Under the pieces are notes generated by a model, which saw only the letters and a program-made list of their open reading frames with translations, ran no database searches and had not been told where the DNA came from. Source: Alkanindiges illinoisensis DSM 15370 (GTDB taxonomy: Bacteria; Pseudomonadota; Gammaproteobacteria; Pseudomonadales; Moraxellaceae). Taken from it: a DNA stretch of 32,000 bases. Each line of letters starts with the position of its first letter. Position 1 is the stretch's first letter. The stretch is from contig NZ_JHUX01000004.1 in NCBI RefSeq assembly GCF_000619845.1, positions 120,001-152,000 on the forward strand. Direction: 5' to 3'. Position numbers and translations under genes: made by a program. Positions 1 to 7,116 of the stretch are shown piece after piece.

Positions 1-327
1 CGGGTTGAAGCGGCCCTGACGCTGGGCAAGGTTAAGCCGCAGTCCGCCATTATTCCGTTAATTACAGCGCTTGCCGACTCCTATTGGCAGGTGCGTATTC
101 CAGCCGCACGCAGTCTGGGCAAACTTAAAGCCACTCAGGCTTTAGAAGCGCTGGCCCTGCCCCTGCAACATGAGATTAGTAACCTGCGTAAGGAAGCCGC
201 TCTGGCCCTGGGCGAAATTGGTGGCCACCGTGCCTTGCAACTTCTGCAACAGGCAGAAACAGACAGTGATCCCGAAGTGCGAAAGGCAGTACGCATTGCC
301 ATCAATCAAATTGGTCAGGCGGATTGA
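1..327 (+). CDS. HEAT-like repeat protein, C-terminal part (ORF enters from upstream of the window)
   Basis: Frame 1 is open from base 1 to TGA at 325-327. Repeated helical units are present (VRIPAARSLGKLK, RKEAALALGEIG, EVRKAVRIAI), as in PBS-lyase/HEAT-like repeats. Confidence 0.55.
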   Translation, partial: RVEAALTLGKVKPQSAIIPLITALADSYWQVRIPAARSLGKLKATQALEALALPLQHEISNLRKEAALALGEIGGHRALQLLQQAETDSDPEVRKAVRIAINQIGQAD

Positions 328-329
328 AG

Positions 330-617
330 ATGAAACCTGAGCACATCAAGGTCGATGTATCACAACAAATCCTGCACCTGTATTGGCCGGATAGCAAGGT
401 GCAGGCATTAAGCCATCAGGTGTTGCGTGAGCAGTGTCCCTGTGGTTTTTGCCGGGCAAAACGCTTAAGACAGCAAGAGATTATTGCAGCACCAGATACT
501 ACAATTACTGCCATGTTTGATCAGGGCTATGGGGCACAGATTTGTTTTAGTGATGGGCATGACAAGGGAATTTTTCCATGGACTTATTTATATGAAATCC
601 AGCAAGCTGAGCTATAA
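330..617 (+). CDS. DUF971-family small protein (gamma-butyrobetaine hydroxylase N-terminal-like)
   Basis: Motifs LREQCPCGFC and FSDGHDKGIFPWTYLYE match my recollection of the DUF971 pattern. ATG at 330; the ORF track opens at TTG 324. Confidence 0.55.
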   Translation: MKPEHIKVDVSQQILHLYWPDSKVQALSHQVLREQCPCGFCRAKRLRQQEIIAAPDTTITAMFDQGYGAQICFSDGHDKGIFPWTYLYEIQQAEL

Positions 618-761
618 CTTATGAGCCTTTACCTTAACAAATAATTATTTATCATCTTCATCCGCTAAAAATTTTAGCTGTAGTGGATGATTTAAATGCG
701 CTGGACAACCTCACGTTCTCAATCCTTTAAACCATCTACACGATGGCCCATAAATTTTTAT

Positions 762-804
762 AGGCATAAAAAAACCCTTAACCATTGCTAGTTAAGGGTT
801 TTAG
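762..804. repeat. Distal 43-bp direct repeat (att core) of the island
   Basis: aggcataaaaaaacccttaaccattgctagttaagggttttag is identical to 18256-18298. It contains the hairpin aacccttaac/gttaagggtt. Confidence 0.9.
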
Positions 805-845
805 GCTCATATCACCGCAAGTAACGGCATATGAATTTAAGCAAA

Positions 846-870
846 TGGTAGAGATGGCGTCAACTGAACA
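846..870 (-). repeat. Diverged island-borne copy of the ssrA 3' end
   Basis: tggtAgagatggcg (846-859) versus tggtGgagatggcg (18340-18353). Both lie exactly 41 nt from the 43-bp repeat, and the two 41-nt spacers are about two-thirds identical by hand alignment. Confidence 0.55.
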
Positions 871-919
871 ATAATCATAAGTTACTGATATTAAATTAAA
901 ATTTAATTAGTAAAACTCT

Positions 920-940
920 CAGGATACACCGCAGGATACA
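920..940 (+). promoter_or_regulatory. Pair of AGGATACA direct repeats (candidate integrase/excisionase arm-type sites), distal end
   Basis: AGGATACA at 921-928 and 933-940, starts 12 bp apart. The same motif pair with the same spacing occurs at 18196-18215. Confidence 0.4.
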
Positions 941-968
941 AAATAATTTTCGTTGCTCTACTTAATAA

Positions 969-1505
969 TTACTTTGGTGATCGTGTTGGAAGCTTACCAC
1001 CCTTCTTTATGGCTATATTGATAGCACTAGAAAGTTTAGCTACATGATCCAAACCAAAAAAAGCCGAATACTCTTTTAAAGGCGTGGTCATCTTTTCCCT
1101 CATCATTTCATGATTTTTTTTAAGCTCAGGATAATCATCATTTTCGTTAAAGGCATTAACCGCTATGTCATCGCCCACATACAAACGTCCACCATTAGAA
1201 AGACAATACTCAGTTAAATAATCAAGTAAATCATAAATAAATTTTCTTGGAACATTAGTTATATGAGAGAGCATATAAACATGAGAAATATGTAGAGAAG
1301 ATATTCCATTCTCAAGTTTGCTATATCCGGATTTTGATATACCACCCAATTGAAAACCCATGATTTCCTGACTTACATCTAACTCTGTCCTGAATAGATA
1401 TAAGATATAGCCAAATAAACTATCAACCGAACACCTAAAAGTCCTCTGCTGATCTTCTAATATTTTCATTGTTTCATCGAAAGAAAGATGATCACTATTT
1501 TTCAT
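969..1505 (-). CDS. HTH (XRE-like) regulator with uncharacterised C-terminal domain
   Basis: 178-aa ORF with strong SD (aaggagg) upstream. The segment SQEIMGFQLGGISKSGYSKLENG resembles an XRE helix-turn-helix. It is divergent from the AlpA-like gene. Confidence 0.45.
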   Translation of the reverse strand: MKNSDHLSFDETMKILEDQQRTFRCSVDSLFGYILYLFRTELDVSQEIMGFQLGGISKSGYSKLENGISSLHISHVYMLSHITNVPRKFIYDLLDYLTEYCLSNGGRLYVGDDIAVNAFNENDDYPELKKNHEMMREKMTTPLKEYSAFFGLDHVAKLSSAINIAIKKGGKLPTRSPK

Positions 1506-1738
1506 ACTAGCCTCCTTTATTTCGCTATTGTATCATAAAAAAAATAATAACCACCAATCCGTCACTTTTAATCATATAAATATTTAAAGTTTCCTAAAAG
1601 AGTCTATTCACTCATAAGAATTTATGTGTTATTTTGAGTCCGTGAAATTAAAAGCTATGAAAACCCCTACTGAACTAGCAGTGGCAATTCCATACGCAAA
1701 TGCTTTTCACGCGTTAATGATTATCAAGAGGAAAATAT

Positions 1739-1987
1739 ATGAATACTGAATTTTCACAACTTTCCCAAAAGTATCTGATTAGTCAGAAAGATTTGGCAAG
1801 AAAGCTTGGGATGAGCGTAGATGCCCTACGCAAGCTGCAAAAAATTGATCCTGTATTTGCCCAAGCTATGATTAAAATGGGTTCAACTCGACAAGCTGCT
1901 GTTTTTTACATAGTCGCTGAAATTTTAAAGTGGATTGAGTCAAAAAAAACTCAGAACGTGTTTAATCAAGCTATTGAATGCAAATGA
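1739..1987 (+). CDS. AlpA/excisionase-like small HTH protein
   Basis: 82 aa with SD agagga. The N-terminal HTH (ISQKDLARKLGMSVDALRKL) followed by ...EILKWIESKK has the layout of AlpA/Xis-type winged-helix proteins. Confidence 0.45.
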   Translation: MNTEFSQLSQKYLISQKDLARKLGMSVDALRKLQKIDPVFAQAMIKMGSTRQAAVFYIVAEILKWIESKKTQNVFNQAIECK

Positions 1988-2138
1988 AAAAAGCTGCTCT
2001 AAAGCAGCCTTTCTCAGTGAGAACGCTGGTTGCCGCCAGCTTCCATCACAAACTGAATAATCGACTCAAAATCAATCACCAGCAGTTCATCCTAACATAA
2101 AAATTTAGGATGAGCATGCTGGTAAATATTCTAACAGC

Positions 2139-3335
2139 TTGGAACACTCCAAGCCTATATTAGGATCTTTTCCAATGGTTAAGCCTTATCACGAAGCAGT
2201 GGATGGCAAGTTATTACTGGATCAAATTATTGAGAAGGTTAACTTGCATATTACCTGTGAACCACAAGTTGCTGTCGCAATTGCTCTATGGATTATGTTC
2301 ACTTGGTGTATTAATGCATTTGATATCGCACCAATTGCCTGCATTACCGCTCCTGAAAAACGCTGTGGTAAAAGCCAGCTTTTAACACTGATGAGTTTAA
2401 TGTCCAAAAATCCTTTAAACACATCCAATATTTCACCAGCAGGACTATTCCGAACTATCGATGCCTTTGCACCCACTTTATTTATTGATGAAGCAGATAC
2501 CTTTGTCGCTGGTAATAATGAGTTACGAGGAATTTTAAACAGTGGCCAAGACAGGGCTAATGCCTATGTGATCCGCTTGGTCGGTGAAAAATTTGAACCT
2601 AGGCGGTTTTGTACTTTTGGTGCCAAGGCTATTGCAGGCATTGGACAGTTACCCAGTACTCTAAAAGACCGCTCTATTACTTTAGAACTCAGGCGACAGT
2701 ATAAGGACGAGGTACGCCAGCGCTTACGGCATACTGACAAGGCAGAGTTTGCGCTAATGAGTAGGATGCTGATGCGCTGGGCACAGGACAACATGGAAGC
2801 ACTTGCAATCGCACGTCCAGTTTTACCTGATGTATTAAATCATCGGGCACAGGATAATTGGGAACCGTTATTTGCGATTGCTGATCAAGCTGGTGGGCAC
2901 TGGCCAGAAACGGCACGACAGGCTGCTATTACTATCTCTGGTATTGATGAGGAATCACAAAGTATCAATGAACAGCTATTAAGTGATCTTCGGGATATTT
3001 TCCAAACCTTCCCTTTGGAGCGCTGGAGTACCAAAGCGCTACTACAGCAATTATGTGCCAATGAAGAAACACCTTGGCATGCATGGAACAAAGGTAAACC
3101 AATGACAGCTTATCAACTAGCCCATCAGTTGAAGCCCTTCAAAATCCGGCCAAAACAAATCAGAGTTGGTAGCGAAACATGTAAAGGTTACGAGGCTGAA
3201 GATTTTAAAACTACTTTTGAGCGTTACCTGTCAAAGTGTGAGCCTCCTTCCCTAACTTTACCCGAAACAGGGAAACACGAGCCTAACGGCATTGCCTTGG
3301 CGATGTTAGAATATTTTAATACCATCCAATCATAA
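2139..3335 (+). CDS. DUF3631-type P-loop protein (island replication/helicase-loader-like)
   Basis: Walker A-like APEKRCGKS and Walker B LFIDEAD. C-terminal motifs KDRSITLELRR, DNWEPLFAIADQAGGHWPETAR and CKGYEAEDFKTTFERY match my recollection of DUF3631. The ORF opens at TTG 2139; ATG 2175 is an alternative start. Confidence 0.65.
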   Translation: MEHSKPILGSFPMVKPYHEAVDGKLLLDQIIEKVNLHITCEPQVAVAIALWIMFTWCINAFDIAPIACITAPEKRCGKSQLLTLMSLMSKNPLNTSNISPAGLFRTIDAFAPTLFIDEADTFVAGNNELRGILNSGQDRANAYVIRLVGEKFEPRRFCTFGAKAIAGIGQLPSTLKDRSITLELRRQYKDEVRQRLRHTDKAEFALMSRMLMRWAQDNMEALAIARPVLPDVLNHRAQDNWEPLFAIADQAGGHWPETARQAAITISGIDEESQSINEQLLSDLRDIFQTFPLERWSTKALLQQLCANEETPWHAWNKGKPMTAYQLAHQLKPFKIRPKQIRVGSETCKGYEAEDFKTTFERYLSKCEPPSLTLPETGKHEPNGIALAMLEYFNTIQS

Positions 3336-3356
3336 GCGGTTTTGTTATGACAAAGG

Positions 3357-3392
3357 CAACCCTTTGATGTCAAAGGGTTGTTTCGTTGTTTC
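3357..3392 (+). terminator. Putative intrinsic terminator after the DUF3631 gene
   Basis: Inverted repeat caaccctttga/tcaaagggttg followed by the T-rich tract tttcgttgtttc. Confidence 0.4.
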
Positions 3393-3517
3393 GGGTAATT
3401 TAACTAAAGCAGATCACATTCAACAAAAATTATAATTTGTGGCCGAAGCACCTAGATATGATTTAACTGGTACTTGAAATATACATAGCCCCACTATCTG
3501 TTGAGGCCTGCCCCCCC

Positions 3518-3760
3518 CTATGAATAATAAATAACTCCGTATTTAGCAGGAGGGTTTTTGGGGTCAACCCTGTAAGCGTTTACCACAAGCGGTTCAATAG
3601 CGTTAAAAAGCATTGCTACTCCACAGCACACAGGCATAGCCTGCCGTACTGTCGGAGCAGCTTCAAACGACAATGCACTATCATTGAGTTGAGGTATAAC
3701 CGTTACATGGCCATTAAGCGGTAAAAGTGACAGGTTTGATCTTTCATCATTAATACCCAC
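3518..3760 (-). CDS. Hypothetical protein (weak call)
   Basis: 80-aa ORF with a GTG start, no clear SD and no recognisable motif. Confidence 0.2.
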   Translation of the reverse strand: MGINDERSNLSLLPLNGHVTVIPQLNDSALSFEAAPTVRQAMPVCCGVAMLFNAIEPLVVNAYRVDPKNPPAKYGVIYYS

Positions 3761-3830
3761 TTAGCAGATCAACAGCAGTACCAGTAATACAAACATGGGC
3801 ATCAGGTTAAAATCAGATAAAAACGTTAAC

Positions 3831-4121
3831 TTAGGCATGATCAGCTAACACCTGTAATGCAGCCTCTACGACCTCAAGTAGACGTAGTGCTAACGGGTTA
3901 TCAGCAATCACATGGTATTCGTCTGCTTCAAGCTGATGGGTTTCCACGTAGTCTAGGACATGGTTTAACATCGCTTGGCTAATCAGGTCAGTATCATGCT
4001 CGGTTAGTAGCTGTAAGGCTGCAAAGTTCAAAGCTTCGATATAGACGTGGGTTTCATTATCTATGGTTTCGTGGGTAATGGGTAATTCATAAGTTACGAC
4101 TTCTTTAATACTGGACATCAT
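3831..4121 (-). CDS. Small, strongly acidic protein (hypothetical; DNA-mimic/anti-restriction or antitoxin-like composition)
   Basis: Start chosen at the internal ATG ATG preceded by aggaaataaattt. The 96-aa product has 18 D/E versus 2 K/R by my count. The longer 161-aa form overlaps the upstream gene and adds an unnatural basic leader. Confidence 0.5.
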   Translation of the reverse strand: MMSSIKEVVTYELPITHETIDNETHVYIEALNFAALQLLTEHDTDLISQAMLNHVLDYVETHQLEADEYHVIADNPLALRLLEVVEAALQVLADHA

Positions 4122-4254
4122 AAATTTATTTCCTTTTTTATTGATTTGCTGGTTCATGATTTTTTTAAATTCGTGTTTATAGTGGTCACTAATGTGTTGT
4201 GAGCTACTAAATTTCTTCCTCTGGAATTGGCTGCATTTATTATCAATGTTTTTA

Positions 4255-4803
4255 TCATTGGTCTTGGCAAGGTATAAATACCTGTCGATACAATCCAGTG
4301 TTTCCTGCTTGACCAAGTGGTAATAAGGATGCAGTGGCTTCGGCAGCGTTGGGAATACCTTCCTCTGGTAGATACCGCATCCGTTTTACAATTTCTCGTT
4401 CACTGTCGTTGTAGTTCACATCGACATGCTTTAAGCCTTGTAATGCAGGCAGTGCAATATTCCTGAACAGGTGATCATAGTCGGCATTCAAAAATGGAAC
4501 ATCAAGAATCAGGCAAAAGTGAATATGTACCGTCTCACAGAATTTCTGCATATAAGTCTGTTCAACTGACCAGAAGTACATCAGGCCGTTTACCTTATCC
4601 TTCAGTACACGGTTTAGACGCTGGGCGATGGATCGGATATCAAACTCATACTTGGTAAACAATACGAAATGGGCAGCTACGGGATTAAGCATGGTCTCAT
4701 TAGCTTGCAGGATGACCGCAGCAATGGTCTCAGCATTGTCATGGTCATATTGATAGCTTTTTTTGTGTTTGGAATTAATCAGGTTATAGATATTTCTATG
4801 CAT
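4255..4803 (-). CDS. YagK/YfjJ-like (inovirus Gp2-type) protein with HxH motif
   Basis: LMYFWSVEQ...VHIHFCLILD resembles the gYiWvrE...HYHvlLll pattern of YagK/YfjJ-family proteins found in P4/CP4-57-like islands. HIH is a His-hydrophobic-His motif. Confidence 0.4.
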   Translation of the reverse strand: MHRNIYNLINSKHKKSYQYDHDNAETIAAVILQANETMLNPVAAHFVLFTKYEFDIRSIAQRLNRVLKDKVNGLMYFWSVEQTYMQKFCETVHIHFCLILDVPFLNADYDHLFRNIALPALQGLKHVDVNYNDSEREIVKRMRYLPEEGIPNAAEATASLLPLGQAGNTGLYRQVFIPCQDQ

Positions 4804-5506
4804 TATAATCTCTCTTATAATAAATGGTTTGTTTTAATAGTTTATTATGTGGGTTTTATAAGTGTGAATAGCGTGATTATTAATACCCATCGGTATTAGA
4901 TAACCACAGCCAATAGTATTTCATACTGTATAATGGTTGTCAAATCAGTGGAATATCTCAGTATAGAGTCAAGGAAATAGTAAGAAATTACATAGATTAT
5001 AAAATGATTAAGAATAAAGAATAATTAATCATCAAGAAAGGATAGGTTAACTATTAAATATTAACTAGTATGAATAATCAATAAAGAGAAGATAGAGGAA
5101 TAGAAGTAGATAAAACTATTAAAAGCACTCTAAGGGGGTTAATTTAAAATATGAAAAAAGCTATAATATATAAGCGTTTTATCAAGGTTGAAGGCTTTAA
5201 TAGCATGCACGTAGAATCAGGCTTTTGGGGCTGTTGACCGTTGCTAAGTAATGCAACCTCAAAAATAGTTCTAGTGAAAGTCATATTTTAGGAATCATAA
5301 ATGAACTTTCACTAGTAATGTGATTAGCTTCAAAGCCAGTTAAAAATAAATGTCACCCAACAACTATTTAATTCACCCATCCAGAATGCGATAGCAGCCC
5401 CATAGCGAAGTTTAAAATCATAAGTGATAAGAATGTACCACCAGAATTAAAATGGCTGTAATAAGTATTTAAGGCCTTTTAGAGCGAACTAAATATTAAT
5501 CAAATA

Positions 5507-5755
5507 TTATGGCTTGTTAACTGCATCAAAATTTAAGCCATTAAAGAACAATGAAGGATTACTCTCTAAAGCGTTCAGCCAATCCAGCAACTCAATCACA
5601 TCCAAGCGGCGTTCAAGCAGCTCAGTCTTGGAAATGTAAGATTGAGGTTTAAGTAGTTTCTTCGCTAGTTCAACCTGCGTAATTTTCTTTTCATCTCTAA
5701 TCTGGATGAGCTTGGCAATTACTAAGCTATAGCGTGGATCATGGATAGTTCGCAT
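5507..5755 (-). CDS. XRE-family HTH transcriptional regulator
   Basis: KITQVELAKKLLKPQSYISKTELLERRLDV is a classic XRE HTH. ATG at 5755 is preferred; the ORF track opens at TTG 5791. Confidence 0.6.
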   Translation of the reverse strand: MRTIHDPRYSLVIAKLIQIRDEKKITQVELAKKLLKPQSYISKTELLERRLDVIELLDWLNALESNPSLFFNGLNFDAVNKP

Positions 5756-5781
5756 GACCAGCACTATCAGGGAATATGAAA

Positions 5782-5802
5782 AATATCCCAAAATAGGATA
5801 TT
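5782..5802. promoter_or_regulatory. Inverted repeat AATATCC-N7-GGATATT in the divergent XRE / djlA-like intergenic region (candidate operator)
   Basis: Perfect 7-bp arms at 5782-5788 and 5796-5802, between the two divergent starts. Confidence 0.3.
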
Positions 5803-5852
5803 ATTAAACCTATAAGTTATTATTTAAAAAATATTGCTATAAAGGGGTTTAC

Positions 5853-6665
5853 ATGGTCTGGCTCATCATTCTGTTTATTGTTGGCATCATCATTGAGATA
5901 TGCAAGCAAAACGATAACAACTCAACATCTGACAGTGTGCCAAAAATTGGTAATGGACAAGAACAGCATAATGCTGCTAACGAAGCACAGCACAACTCAT
6001 TTAAGAACCTTTATCCCTTTATTGATCTGTATACCTACTATGCCCTAGAGGGCAAGCGGTCTTGGACACCTGAAAAAATCCAGTTCATTAAAACAGTGCT
6101 TAGCCCATTAAATGATGCTGAAAAGATATTGCTTCGGGATCGGCTAAAGCATGTACCTAACGTAAGCCTGAGTATCCTGATTGATGGGGTAAAACAGGCA
6201 GTCAGCAATAATCCGGCAGCACGTCCTGAAATTACTTATGTAATAGCAAGGATGCTGGTTATTGACCAAACCCCTCACCCAAGCATTGAACGCAAGATTA
6301 ATGATTTAGGACATTCCTTTGGCTTATCTAATGATGAGATTGGCAGGATTATCAGTACAGCCATTCATGCCAGTGAAGAATCCTATCAATCTGGGGAATC
6401 ACAGCAGGAACACCAAGGCTATGAGCAACAAACCACAACGAACTCTGCCACTGAATGGGCATGTGAAATCCTAGGGCTATCACAGGCAGAGATTAGCACA
6501 GCACGTATCCAACAAGCCTACCGCCAGAAGATGCGGGAATATCACCCTGATAAGCACCAAGGCTTGCCAGAAGCCATCCAGAAGCTCCTGCATGAAAAGA
6601 CACAGGACGTCAATAAGGCTAAGGACATATTACTCAAGCTAGCCAATAACAAAATGAGTGCTTAA
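5853..6665 (+). CDS. djlA: Membrane-anchored DjlA-like J-domain co-chaperone
   Basis: N-terminal TM helix (VWLIILFIVGIIIEI), a central TerB/DjlA-N-like region, a Q-rich linker, and a C-terminal J domain with an intact HPD (AYRQKMREYHPDKHQGLPEAIQKLLHEKTQDVNKA). This closely parallels the E. coli DjlA J domain. SD aagggg. Confidence 0.75.
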   Translation: MVWLIILFIVGIIIEICKQNDNNSTSDSVPKIGNGQEQHNAANEAQHNSFKNLYPFIDLYTYYALEGKRSWTPEKIQFIKTVLSPLNDAEKILLRDRLKHVPNVSLSILIDGVKQAVSNNPAARPEITYVIARMLVIDQTPHPSIERKINDLGHSFGLSNDEIGRIISTAIHASEESYQSGESQQEHQGYEQQTTTNSATEWACEILGLSQAEISTARIQQAYRQKMREYHPDKHQGLPEAIQKLLHEKTQDVNKAKDILLKLANNKMSA

Positions 6666-6676
6666 GGAAGATTACG

Positions 6677-7114
6677 ATGCTAAGAACACTATTACTACTA
6701 CTGGTTGCTGTGGGTGGGCCAGTCGGCTTGGTCACTTATATTATGCTTCACGGTAGGATTCAAAAAGCCAAGCTAGCGCTATCCTCAGAAGATCATTACA
6801 GCAGGCTAAAGACACCTGCATCCTCGACACTTAGCTACCAAAGCCAAAGCACAAGTCGCACTTTGCAGCCAGTGCCGAGTAGTGATCATAAGCAACAGGA
6901 TACCCGATCCATTGAATGGGCTTGCCAAGTGCTAGGGCTAACAATGGAAGGACTAACGCCAGAGACGATTGAAAAAGCCTACAATCGAAAGATGGAAGCG
7001 TATCAGGCCAGCGATCAACAGAATCTACCTGAATCGATTCAGCAGCTATTGCATGAAAAGATTCAGGAGGTAAAAGAGGCTAAAAAAGTTTTATCAGAGG
7101 GTAATAAAATTTGA
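6677..7114 (+). CDS. Membrane-anchored J-like protein lacking the HPD motif (paralog of the DjlA-like C-terminus)
   Basis: N-terminal TM helix. The C-terminus IEWACQVLGL...AYNRKMEAYQASDQQNLPESIQQLLHEKIQEVKEAKKVL aligns with the upstream gene's J domain, but HPD is replaced by QAS-D. SD aaggaag. Confidence 0.65.
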   Translation: MLRTLLLLLVAVGGPVGLVTYIMLHGRIQKAKLALSSEDHYSRLKTPASSTLSYQSQSTSRTLQPVPSSDHKQQDTRSIEWACQVLGLTMEGLTPETIEKAYNRKMEAYQASDQQNLPESIQQLLHEKIQEVKEAKKVLSEGNKI

Positions 7115-7116
7115 AT

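Noticed and set aside
2203-3091. Five short ORFs overlapping the DUF3631 gene on both strands
   Set aside because: They are nested within a motif-supported 398-aa ORF and have no independent support.
3511-3518. C8 homopolymer tract, considered as a phase-variation switch
   Set aside because: It lies just outside the stop codon of a very weak ORF, not within or immediately upstream of a credible gene start.
4122-4316. Long form (161 aa) of the acidic-protein ORF, overlapping the upstream gene by 62 nt
   Set aside because: The extension is lysine-rich, unlike the rest of the protein, and it overlaps the preceding gene. An internal ATG with a good SD gives a coherent 96-aa product.
4669-4899. 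76-aa plus-strand ORF
   Set aside because: It mostly lies antisense to the YagK/YfjJ-like gene, encodes a hydrophobic low-complexity product and has no SD.
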